Source: Candidatus Poseidoniales archaeon
Lineage (GTDB): Archaea > Thermoplasmatota > Poseidoniia > Poseidoniales > Thalassarchaeaceae
Assembly: GCA_028283505.1 (NCBI GenBank)
Contig: JAPOFX010000003.1
Coordinates: 68,125-132,124 of the forward strand
Length of the DNA stretch: 64,000 bases
Direction of reading: 5' to 3'
Shown one piece after another: positions 34,205 to 42,336 of the stretch. Under the pieces are notes generated by a model, which saw only the letters and a program-made list of their open reading frames with translations, ran no database searches and had not been told where the DNA came from. Position numbers and translations under genes: made by a program. The first letter of the stretch is position 1. Each line of letters opens with the position of its first letter.

Positions 34205-35308
34205 GTGTGGATGCCTACCGCCCAAACCATGGAACAGCTAGACGAGTTCATGGCAGGAGAGTCAATTTTGGCTGGTTTCTCCGGTGGAACCTTGGTGGTC
34301 ATGTTGGGAGTCTTGACTCTGAGCGCTGCTGCGGGTTTCTCTTCCAGAAGGATTCTTTTCCCGAGATTGATGAATCTTATTTCAAAGACCGATAGGATCG
34401 ATGGCAGGTCTCTTTTGGCACCAGCCTCGCTTGGTTGGATGATCGGATTCCTGGTGTTCACCCTGTCAATCGATTGGTTGACTTCTAATTCTGAACCGAT
34501 ATGGGATTCAGGAATGGTGGAGAGGTTGAACTCCTACTCCTATGCTGGCTTCGTTCTTCTTATGCTGGTAGCCGCATACAGGCTGGTTGACTACCTTGAT
34601 GCCTTTATTGTCGTAGAAGGAGAAAATCTAGCCGCGAGGAGGTCTCTGGCTAGTGTTGCAGAGTCAGTTGGAAGGGTTGCTGTAGTGGTTTGTGGAGTAT
34701 TCATAATGGCAGGCCTTGCAGGGGTAAATCTCAGTGGCCTGATTGCGGGTCTTGGGATAACTGGTCTCGCGCTGGCATTGGCGGCTAAGGATACCGTCGC
34801 AAACATATTTGGCGCGATCAGTATATTGATTGACCAGCCATTCAATGTGGGCGACTGGATTATTGTTGATGGCGTGGAGGGCGAGGTGGTGACAATCGCA
34901 CTAAGAACTACGCTGATTAGAACAAGTGCTGACACACTTGTCACAGTTCCAAATTCCAATATCACTAACTCATCAGTTGAGAACTTCAGTCAGAGAAGGT
35001 TCAGGAGGATCAGGCCAATATTCGAGTTTGAAGCTAATAGTGATCAGCAGGATATCAGGAGTTTCTGCAGCTCATTGTTGGAGCAGGTAACATCTGACCC
35101 CAGATCGACCAAGAAGGACGATTCCTGGGTTAGGATAAGCTCTGTTGGCCCTTCAAAGATAATCGTCCAGACTAATTTCTACTGTGACTCTTCGGCCAAA
35201 TCGGAGAGGGAGATGAAGGAAGATGTGGCTTTGATGGCCAAATCCAGGGCCGCGGAGTTCAAACTGAAATTCCACGAGCCAAGATTCAGGGAAAGCCACG
35301 CTGTTTGA
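34205..35308 (+). CDS. mscS: Small-conductance mechanosensitive channel (MscS family)
   Basis: TM helices followed by LAAKDTVANIFGAISILIDQPFNVGDWIIVDGVEGEVVTIALRTTLIRTSADTLVTVPNSNI. The start is uncertain, either the GTG at 34205 or the ATG at 34229. Confidence 0.85.
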   Translation: MWMPTAQTMEQLDEFMAGESILAGFSGGTLVVMLGVLTLSAAAGFSSRRILFPRLMNLISKTDRIDGRSLLAPASLGWMIGFLVFTLSIDWLTSNSEPIWDSGMVERLNSYSYAGFVLLMLVAAYRLVDYLDAFIVVEGENLAARRSLASVAESVGRVAVVVCGVFIMAGLAGVNLSGLIAGLGITGLALALAAKDTVANIFGAISILIDQPFNVGDWIIVDGVEGEVVTIALRTTLIRTSADTLVTVPNSNITNSSVENFSQRRFRRIRPIFEFEANSDQQDIRSFCSSLLEQVTSDPRSTKKDDSWVRISSVGPSKIIVQTNFYCDSSAKSEREMKEDVALMAKSRAAEFKLKFHEPRFRESHAV

Positions 35309-35318
35309 GGTATACAGA

Positions 35319-35921
35319 ATGGGAAGGCTGATTCTAATTAGGCACGGACAATCTGTTTGGAATGCAGAGAATAGATTCACGGGCTGGACAGATGTTGAGC
35401 TCTCAGAGAAAGGAGTGGGAGAGGCCGAAAAGGCAGGGGATCTCCTTTCAGAGATTAGGTTCGGTGTGGTACATACGAGCGGGCTCATCAGAGCCCAGAG
35501 AACGGCTGAGATAATTATGTCCAGAAATACTGTCTCAGGGAAAGTACCTGTGATGAGGGACGAGCGACTCAATGAGAGACACTATGGAGATCTGCAGGGG
35601 CTGAACAAGGCAGAGACTGCAGAGAGACATGGGGCAGAACAAGTACACATCTGGAGGCGCTCATTCGATGTTCCACCCCCTGGAGGGGAGAGTCTGAAGA
35701 TGAATGCCGAGAGGACCATCCCCTACTTCGAAGAAAAGATAGTACCTGATCTCAAGGAGGGGAAGAATGTGCTGGTTTCCGCACATGGGAACTCTCTGAG
35801 ATCTATAGTGATGCATATTGAGTCAATCAGCCCCGAGGAAATCGTGTCGTTGGAAATCGCTACCGGAACGCCAATTTTCTACCAATATGACATGGAGTCA
35901 GGGGAGTTGACCAAGGAGTAG
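35319..35921 (+). CDS. gpmA: 2,3-bisphosphoglycerate-dependent phosphoglycerate mutase / histidine phosphatase family
   Basis: Motifs: LILIRHGQSVWNAENRFTGWTDVELSEKG; ERHYGDLQGLNK; SAHGNSLR. Confidence 0.85.
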   Translation: MGRLILIRHGQSVWNAENRFTGWTDVELSEKGVGEAEKAGDLLSEIRFGVVHTSGLIRAQRTAEIIMSRNTVSGKVPVMRDERLNERHYGDLQGLNKAETAERHGAEQVHIWRRSFDVPPPGGESLKMNAERTIPYFEEKIVPDLKEGKNVLVSAHGNSLRSIVMHIESISPEEIVSLEIATGTPIFYQYDMESGELTKE

Positions 35922-35931
35922 CTTCCAAACT

Positions 35932-36432
35932 TCATGAGAACCATGGATGCTTCCCGAAGTGATTCCTCGGGATTCTCTTCTTGTTCTTGATTTGCCATTT
36001 AAATCCCCTGGTGACTGAGAAAAGATACTTCCTCAATTTGGGTCTGATGTAAAATAAATACACCAGAGACGCAGTAATCCTATTCCATTCAGAGAGGAGG
36101 TGAGGATGGACTCTTATCCTGAGTATCGAGCTTTCTTCGTTAATCTCCGAGATTGACCATTCAACGAATGACTTTCTTCCACCATCTCTTCCAATCATCA
36201 GGGAATAACCCTCACCCTCATCCCATGTCTTGAACTCTCTGACCAGTACAAACCCATTGAGATACTCCAAGGTGTCCACTGATTCCCTTCCGGGCCAGTT
36301 CTGAACCGTGTTCTTTAGGCAGAACGGATGAGAGTCGTTTAGGTTGCCCGGTGAGCTAATTGCGCTCCAGACCACTGACTTGGGGGCGTCTATGACAACC
36401 GAGTTCTCAGCGTAAAACGGCCAGCCTCTCAC
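35932..36432 (-). CDS. SRPBCC (START/Bet v1-like) ligand-binding domain protein
   Basis: 166 aa. The N-terminal IDAPKSVVWSAISSPGNLNDSHPF pattern and the size are typical of SRPBCC / polyketide-cyclase-like proteins. The call rests on weak motifs only. Confidence 0.45.
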   Translation of the reverse strand: MRGWPFYAENSVVIDAPKSVVWSAISSPGNLNDSHPFCLKNTVQNWPGRESVDTLEYLNGFVLVREFKTWDEGEGYSLMIGRDGGRKSFVEWSISEINEESSILRIRVHPHLLSEWNRITASLVYLFYIRPKLRKYLFSVTRGFKWQIKNKKRIPRNHFGKHPWFS

Positions 36433-36473
36433 GCTCCTGAGAATTAGCTGGGAGATTTAGATTTGTGTGTGTG

Positions 36474-36504
36474 TCCGGACGGCCGGTGTTACCGACCGTC
36501 CGGA
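36474..36504 (-). terminator. 9-bp perfect stem hairpin (TCCGGACGG-N13-CCGTCCGGA) 41 nt downstream of the proteorhodopsin stop
   Basis: Read directly. It lies in the 112-bp spacer between proteorhodopsin and the SRPBCC gene. There is no adjacent U-tract on the transcribed strand, so a terminator role is not certain. Confidence 0.35.
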
Positions 36505-36544
36505 TTACGTTTTACATTGGTTTCTACAATTATCGTTTTACCGA

Positions 36545-37345
36545 CTATTCCATCTTTGCAGCGTACCAGATCATCATACCGAACGCGCCCTTGTTGACCA
36601 AGTCAGCGATGTTGTACAGTATGTTCATGTCGTCTGTTCCCATGCCATCGATGGTTCCAGCACCCATAAGGTAGCCGATTGGGTAGATTGCCCAGCCGAC
36701 AGTTACGATCAATCTCATAGAGTTGAATGCGTACTGAACGCTTGGGCTACCGGTCTCTGAAGCCTCCTTGACATCTCCGGACCATAGCTCGTATAGGATG
36801 TATCCCCATCCAGCCATTCCGATGACCCACCAGATTTCTGCTGACAGATCGATGGTGCTGTCCATAGCTCCGGACTCACCGAAGAATCCAGCCACCAGCA
36901 TGACGATGGATGCAGCCATGAGGTTCCTGAACATGACGAAAGTTCCTACGCCGATGGCGGCTAGGATTAGGTAGAACTCTACTACCTGCAGAGGGACTGT
37001 TATGAGCCAGTCAATGTATCTGTAGACCAGAGGAGATCCGTCTCCCATTGCCCATACTTCTCTCATGTATGTGTAGTGGTACCATGCGACACCAGTGACC
37101 AAAGCGGCCACTGTCATGGAAGTCTTCCACTTGTCTGGTACGTTCTGCCTCTCGATGAGGAAGAAGACTGTGAAAGCAAGCATCATTGCTGTTGCGATCC
37201 AGAAGCTTATCCCGACCCAGTCATCATTTGCGAGTGCAGTTGTTTCGGCGCTGACGGTCTGTGTACCGACCAGTAGCATAGCCAATAACGCACTCAGCGT
37301 TACTTTCGTTCTTGTAGCATTTGAGTAGGGCTTGATTAATCCCAT
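36545..37345 (-). CDS. Proteorhodopsin, light-driven proton pump (DTE motif, Gln at spectral-tuning site 105)
   Basis: Aligns by eye along its whole length with green proteorhodopsin: SFWIATAMMLAFTVFFLIE, YRYIDWLITVPLQVVEFYLILAA (D97, T101, Q105, E108 in GPR numbering), GWAIYPIGY, and YNIADLVNKGAFG (Schiff-base Lys). Start at the ATG at 37345 (MGLIKPYS..., signal-like). Confidence 0.95.
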   Translation of the reverse strand: MGLIKPYSNATRTKVTLSALLAMLLVGTQTVSAETTALANDDWVGISFWIATAMMLAFTVFFLIERQNVPDKWKTSMTVAALVTGVAWYHYTYMREVWAMGDGSPLVYRYIDWLITVPLQVVEFYLILAAIGVGTFVMFRNLMAASIVMLVAGFFGESGAMDSTIDLSAEIWWVIGMAGWGYILYELWSGDVKEASETGSPSVQYAFNSMRLIVTVGWAIYPIGYLMGAGTIDGMGTDDMNILYNIADLVNKGAFGMMIWYAAKME

Positions 37346-37367
37346 GAGGCACTGGGGTCGGTTTTTG

Positions 37368-37375
37368 TTATATAA
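37368..37375 (-). promoter_or_regulatory. Candidate archaeal TATA box (TTATATAA) for proteorhodopsin
   Basis: It lies 23-30 nt upstream of the ATG at 37345, inside the 70-bp spacer. This spacing fits a leaderless or very short-leader transcript. Confidence 0.35.
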
Positions 37376-37415
37376 GAAGGTGGTATGATACATGCGAAAT
37401 TTGGCAAAAAATGCA

Positions 37416-38681
37416 TTATACGTCCATAAATGGTCTCTCAGGTGGAGGAGACATTCTCTTGTACGTTGTGAACGATAAATACCCAACGACGAAGCATATT
37501 GCAGAGGTCATAAACTCCAGGACACTTGGGGGAAACTGATTGATGAAAGAAGACGCTCCGAAAAAGAATGCCATGAATGAGAGTGCCGCAAAGGTTCTGT
37601 TATTGAACATCTTTTTTTGGTACATCTTGACATACATTAGCATCTTAACGGCTGGCTGCGGTGCGCCTGACTGATTGGCGGATGCCTCCAAGACATCCAT
37701 CAGACACTGTTCGTATTCCCATATGGCTAATCCTCCTCGGTGAGAGTAGAACGCCCTGTCAGATGCCCATTCCTCCGGAGCCGTCTTTCTCCAGCCTTCA
37801 ATGAGGTAGCTTCGAAGTTCACTCAGCCCGAATACGCTCCCCACCCTGTGGTGGATTCTGGACAAGTCGTGAACTAATGAGGCTAGGTCCCTAATGGCAG
37901 GCTTTTCAGAGTCGTGCGGAACCAGTGCGTCCGAGAGTCTTGGGGGCCCTATGCGAATTGATTTACCATTGAAATCTGAAAATCTCACATCCAACAGGGT
38001 GACTGTACAGGGTTGCTCCTTTGTGTATGGAGCCCTCCAAATGAAATGCGCCCTAAGTAATCCCTCAATCTTCTCATTTCTGGAGTTCCACCTCTTTTGG
38101 TCGGGTGGTAAATCCCTGATATTGGACATAGACATATGGAACCTTCCAAGGGCCTCGCCGGATTCCTCCAGCAGAATCCTGCAGGATTCCAAGTTGTCTC
38201 CAGCAAGGGCTTTCTCCAATTTTGATTCGACACTCTCCCATTCCTCAACTTTCCTCCTCAGGATTACCACGTCCCTTCCATTCCAGAAGAAGCCCCCAGT
38301 TGGTGCGTCAGAGTTCTCCGGGGCATTTCTTGATCTAGTCCTCAGCAGGCCATCAGAGCCCCATGGAAGGAACTCTGCAATCCATTCTAATTCCGCACTA
38401 ATCTGTAATACTAGACCCCTACTGGTCCATTCCGAAGAAATATTTGAGATAGTAGCTGGATCAGGTACTTCTCCCCATTGGTCGAGATCAGCTACAAGGT
38501 CTTCCCAGTCGCTGGGATTTGTGATTATATCAGGCTCGATAAAATCCGCGCTCATGCCAGTGAGGCCTCCCATTCCTACAACTCTTATCGGGGTAAATCC
38601 TGATGGGGTATCGAAGTCCGAGCTGACCTGTCTCAAGGCTTGAGGCCTCCATGTGGGGTTAAGGTCAGACATCGCGATCAT
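37416..38681 (-). CDS. Hypothetical protein with a soluble N-terminal domain and two C-terminal TM helices
   Basis: 421 aa from the ATG at 38681 (MIAMSDLNPTWRP...). The track start at 38897 would overlap the divergent HAD gene. The C-terminus has FAALSFMAFFFGASSFI and FMTSAICFVVGYLSFTTY. There is only a weak, unverified resemblance to the APH/choline-kinase fold (LGRFH..., AIRDLASLVHDL). Confidence 0.5.
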   Translation of the reverse strand: MIAMSDLNPTWRPQALRQVSSDFDTPSGFTPIRVVGMGGLTGMSADFIEPDIITNPSDWEDLVADLDQWGEVPDPATISNISSEWTSRGLVLQISAELEWIAEFLPWGSDGLLRTRSRNAPENSDAPTGGFFWNGRDVVILRRKVEEWESVESKLEKALAGDNLESCRILLEESGEALGRFHMSMSNIRDLPPDQKRWNSRNEKIEGLLRAHFIWRAPYTKEQPCTVTLLDVRFSDFNGKSIRIGPPRLSDALVPHDSEKPAIRDLASLVHDLSRIHHRVGSVFGLSELRSYLIEGWRKTAPEEWASDRAFYSHRGGLAIWEYEQCLMDVLEASANQSGAPQPAVKMLMYVKMYQKKMFNNRTFAALSFMAFFFGASSFINQFPPSVLEFMTSAICFVVGYLSFTTYKRMSPPPERPFMDV

Positions 38682-38754
38682 ACGCAGGAGAGGGTTTGAG
38701 TATACATACAATAGGTATACGAAGGCTTGATTCGGAGTGCGTCGACCGGTAATC

Positions 38755-39300
38755 ATGGAGACGGCCTCTTCTGACCTGCCACTCGCGGTGGATATGGACG
38801 GAACTCTGATACTCTCGGACATGTCCGTATTGAGTGTCAGAAGGGTGCTTACAAGAAGACCCTGGCTCATCCCATCATTCGTGATTAAGGAGATCACGGG
38901 AAGAAGGGCGGAGTGGAAAAGGGACTTAGGGCGACTACTGAAATTCGAGCCCTCGGAGCTCGCTTATCATGAGTCATTCCTTGAATGGTTGACAGGTGAG
39001 CATGCCAGGGGAAGGACATTAATTCTCGCTACTGCTTCTGATAGAATTGTTGCTGAGCGAGTTGCTGCTCATGTGGGCATGTTCTCTGATGTGATGGCTT
39101 CTGACAATGACTACAATCTAAGGGACACCAAGAAAGCAGAGGCTTTGGTCGCCAGATTCGGTGAGTCCGGCTTTGGTTATGCAGGGAATAGTCACCATGA
39201 TGTCTCGGTTTGGAAAAGATGTTCCCAGGTCATTGTCGTGAATCCTGATTCAGGCGTCCTGGACAGATTAGGGGATTCAGTTGACATTGTATTTGAGTAG
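38755..39300 (+). CDS. HAD-superfamily hydrolase (subfamily IB-like)
   Basis: Motif I is LAVDMDGTLILSD, motif II is ILATASD, and motifs III/IV are K...GYAGNSHHD. Start taken at the ATG at 38755. Confidence 0.6.
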   Translation: METASSDLPLAVDMDGTLILSDMSVLSVRRVLTRRPWLIPSFVIKEITGRRAEWKRDLGRLLKFEPSELAYHESFLEWLTGEHARGRTLILATASDRIVAERVAAHVGMFSDVMASDNDYNLRDTKKAEALVARFGESGFGYAGNSHHDVSVWKRCSQVIVVNPDSGVLDRLGDSVDIVFE

Positions 39301-39346
39301 GAGTCAAGAGCGACGTACTTTAGCCCGAGTATCTCTTGGCTGAGGT

Positions 39347-40228
39347 ATGCGCAGCCGGCGGAGTGTGCTCGGAAAGAGCTTGGATTCGTTAGCAAAATGG
39401 CTGCTTAAGTTCAGATTGATATCCATCCCAGCAAGAAAAATTGCCAATTCTAGTTTTGCTTGGAGTGTGGTTTCCAGGTCAGACAGAATCAGGACAAACA
39501 GGCTCAGGGACAGAATTTTGTTAAGTGAGCTGCCGAAACATGTATCCATTATAATGGATGGAAATAGAAGGTTCGCATGGAGCAAAAGCTCCACAGTTGG
39601 CTTAGGTCACTCAGAAGGAAAAAAGAAGCTGAAGGAGGTTATGGACTGGGTTTTGGATCTTGGAATCCCATATTTCACTGTTTATGCACTGTCCACCGAA
39701 AATATTTCTGAGAGGGGGGATGACGAGTTAGATGTTCTCTACGACTTGTATGTATCAGGTTTAAATGAAATTTCTGAGGATAAGAGGATTCACGACAGAG
39801 GAGTAAGAGTTCAGGTCGTCGGAAGGCTAGACATGCTCCCAAGTAAAGTCAGGGATGCTGTCTCCCACGCTGAAGAGGTTACATCAGATTACTCTGACTT
39901 TACATTCACGGTGTGTCTCGCTTACGGTGGGAGAGAGGAAATCGTTGATGCAGTGAAATCTGTAGCTGTCGATCACGCCTCTGGCAACCTAGAAGTTGGT
40001 TCCATTGATTCCTCGGAGATAACTAACAGAATGTATGCTTCAGAATTGCCTGATCCGGATTTGGTAATAAGAACCAGTGGGGAAGAAAGGATTTCTAATT
40101 TCTTGCTGTGGCAGATTGCTTATTCTGAATTGCACTTCAGCGATGTTTTCTGGCCTTCTTTCTCAAAATCGGATTTGTATGAAGCAATAGAATCTTATCA
40201 GAAAAGAAGGAGGAGATATGGTGGGTGA
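39347..40228 (+). CDS. uppS: cis-Prenyltransferase (undecaprenyl/dolichyl diphosphate synthase family)
   Basis: Motifs: PKHVSIIMDGNRRFAW; FTVYALSTEN; IRTSGEERISNFLLWQIAYSELHFSDVFWPSF. The N-terminus is longer than usual, so the start is uncertain. Confidence 0.9.
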   Translation: MRSRRSVLGKSLDSLAKWLLKFRLISIPARKIANSSFAWSVVSRSDRIRTNRLRDRILLSELPKHVSIIMDGNRRFAWSKSSTVGLGHSEGKKKLKEVMDWVLDLGIPYFTVYALSTENISERGDDELDVLYDLYVSGLNEISEDKRIHDRGVRVQVVGRLDMLPSKVRDAVSHAEEVTSDYSDFTFTVCLAYGGREEIVDAVKSVAVDHASGNLEVGSIDSSEITNRMYASELPDPDLVIRTSGEERISNFLLWQIAYSELHFSDVFWPSFSKSDLYEAIESYQKRRRRYGG

Positions 40229-40664
40229 TGCATGTTATCATTGTGGCAGGGATAGCTATCGAAGTCCATCCGTGGTAGTTGATGCTGTGGCGACGAGAAA
40301 CACAGAAAGGGGGAAAGAAGTACTTCTAATTAGGAGGGGTCACGAGCCTTGTAAAGATAAGTTGGCATTCCCAGGGGGATTTGTCGAGTATGGGGAAGAC
40401 CCCGAAGATGCAGTGAAAAGAGAGCTATTTGAGGAGACGGGGGTTATTGGAGCTAATCCTATCTCAATTGCGGTCCACGGAGAGCCAACAAGAGATCCTA
40501 GAAAGCACGTCATAGCCCTGTTTTACAGAGTTGAGGTCGACCCTGACTCAGTTCCAACTGCTGGAGATGACGCCTCAGAGGCATACTGGATCCCCATTGA
40601 CCAGGTTACCGAAGAAGAGATTGCTGGAGATCACATACTCATCATTAATATGCTCAGAGAATAG
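40218..40664 (+). CDS. NUDIX hydrolase
   Basis: Nudix box GGFVEYGEDPEDAVKRELFEETGV. There is also an N-terminal CYHCG element. Confidence 0.85.
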   Translation: MVGDACYHCGRDSYRSPSVVVDAVATRNTERGKEVLLIRRGHEPCKDKLAFPGGFVEYGEDPEDAVKRELFEETGVIGANPISIAVHGEPTRDPRKHVIALFYRVEVDPDSVPTAGDDASEAYWIPIDQVTEEEIAGDHILIINMLRE

Positions 40665-40693
40665 TCTATGACTCTCCACGATTTCGGAAGTAC

Positions 40694-41071
40694 ATGGATA
40701 GGAAGCTGAGAATAGACGCAGGGGGAGAGACCTTCGCTCCTTACAGTCCGGGAATTAGCGTAAGAGACCACATTTGGCTGTCTGGGCAAGTTGATGTAAC
40801 GAACAGTGACATAGAGTCACAGACAAGAGGCACTCTGGCGAAGATAGATGCTTTACTCGAGGCGGCAAACAGCTCCAAGCATGATCTCGTAAAAGTCACC
40901 ATTCTGATGTCAGACATTGGATTCTATTCAAGGATAAACGAGATTTATGGTGAGTGGCTGGGGGATTCAATTCCACCCTCGAGGGCAGCTTATGCAGTGA
41001 GTGACCTACCAGTCGGGGCACTGATAGAGATAGTCTGCGAGGCTTTCCGCGGAAGTGGCGCGAATGACTAA
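40694..41071 (+). CDS. RidA/YjgF/TdcF family reactive-intermediate deaminase
   Basis: 125 aa with YSPGISVRDHIWLSGQV and PSRAAYAVSDLPVGALIEIVCEA. Confidence 0.8.
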   Translation: MDRKLRIDAGGETFAPYSPGISVRDHIWLSGQVDVTNSDIESQTRGTLAKIDALLEAANSSKHDLVKVTILMSDIGFYSRINEIYGEWLGDSIPPSRAAYAVSDLPVGALIEIVCEAFRGSGAND

Positions 41072-42320
41072 TCGGGCCCTCCAAGAAAATCGATCTCTTT
41101 TCACACCTGTATTGCTAGTTGGATGTATAATAGTACTGGTAGGTTTCGCAATCAGAGCTTCGTTCGGAGTTTTCCAAATTCCAATTCAAGAAGAGTTTGG
41201 CTGGCCTAGGTCAGAGTTCAGTTTGGCGATCGCGATTCAGAATCTGGCATGGGGTTTCGGCTCTCCTTTCTTCGGAGCATTCGCCGAGAAAATAGGAGAT
41301 AGGAAGGCGATAATATTGGGAGCGTTACTTTACTCTCTTGGACTTGTACTGACTGCAGGTGCGAGCAGTGCATTCGCAATACAGTTCTATGAGATCCTTG
41401 TTGGCTTTGGGGTGGCTGGAACTGGATTTGGTGTTATACTAGCTGTGGTGGGAAGGGCAAGTTCTCAGGAAAATAGAGCAATGAGTCTGGCGATTGCTAC
41501 CGCCTCAGGGTCCGCGGGTCAGATAGTGGGGCCAATAGTTGCAGTATTCCTGCTCGAATCCATGAAGTGGCAGTCAGTATTCATGATATTCGCTGTCTCA
41601 ATATTGTTGGTTCTCCTGCTACTTCCCTTCATGAGAGCCCCTGAGAGAGCTTCCAAGGACGAGATAGAAGAAAGTCTAAGTGAGATTCTTTCAATAGCAC
41701 TAAAGGATCCTTCATACATGATGATCTTCGTAGGCTTCTTTTCTTGTGGATACCAACTTGCCTTCATCACAGCTCACTTCCCGGCACTGATCACCGAGAT
41801 GAGTGCACCAATCGATCCCGCTGGATGGTGTGGTGATTTGGGGATAGAGACGACAGCGGCCTTGGGGGGATTTGCGATTTCAGTAATCGGAGCTGCGAAC
41901 ATAGTGGGTACATTAGCGGCGGGATGGGCAGGTAAGAGATACGGAAAGAAATGGCTCTTGTCTGGGATTTATGCAGGGAGATCGATTGCTGCTGCATGGT
42001 TCATATTAACGCCGATTACGGCTAATTCTGTCCTTATATTCTCCTTTTCCATGGGCTTTCTATGGTTAGCCACGGTTCCTTTGACTAGTGGGCTTGTGGC
42101 CCATATCTACGGAGTTAGATACATGGCAACACTGTATGGGATTGTGTTCTTCTCACATCAAATGGGAAGTTTTGTAGGGGTCTATCTTGGAGGGGTTTTA
42201 TACGATACTTATGGAAGTTATACAACTGTATGGTGGATAGGAATAGCAGTAGGAGTTTTCTCATCTTTAGTGCATCTTCCGGTAAGGGAGGAGCCTCTAA
42301 ACAGGTCTAGTACCATCTAG
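41055..42320 (+). CDS. Major facilitator superfamily transporter
   Basis: About 12 TM helices arranged 6+6 around a central loop (RAPERASKDEIEESL). Confidence 0.75.
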   Translation: MARMTNRALQENRSLFTPVLLVGCIIVLVGFAIRASFGVFQIPIQEEFGWPRSEFSLAIAIQNLAWGFGSPFFGAFAEKIGDRKAIILGALLYSLGLVLTAGASSAFAIQFYEILVGFGVAGTGFGVILAVVGRASSQENRAMSLAIATASGSAGQIVGPIVAVFLLESMKWQSVFMIFAVSILLVLLLLPFMRAPERASKDEIEESLSEILSIALKDPSYMMIFVGFFSCGYQLAFITAHFPALITEMSAPIDPAGWCGDLGIETTAALGGFAISVIGAANIVGTLAAGWAGKRYGKKWLLSGIYAGRSIAAAWFILTPITANSVLIFSFSMGFLWLATVPLTSGLVAHIYGVRYMATLYGIVFFSHQMGSFVGVYLGGVLYDTYGSYTTVWWIGIAVGVFSSLVHLPVREEPLNRSSTI

Positions 42321-42336
42321 AATTGGCAATGCTTAG

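Noticed and set aside
36464-36474. (TG)5 microsatellite next to the proteorhodopsin downstream hairpin
   Set aside because: It is too short to be meaningful on its own and is probably chance dinucleotide repetition in a spacer.
37346-37486. 47-residue N-terminal extension of the proteorhodopsin ORF (313-aa version)
   Set aside because: The extension (MGIYRSQRTRECLLHLRDHLW...) is basic and not signal-like, and it overlaps the upstream gene's 3' end. The internal Met at 37345 gives a normal signal-like N-terminus and leaves room for the TATA-like box.
37894-38643. 249-aa plus-strand ORF antisense to the 421-aa gene upstream of proteorhodopsin
   Set aside because: It has a Ser/Leu/Pro-rich composition with no TM or motif content. 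The minus-strand frame gives a protein-like sequence with C-terminal TM helices and sensible start and stop context.
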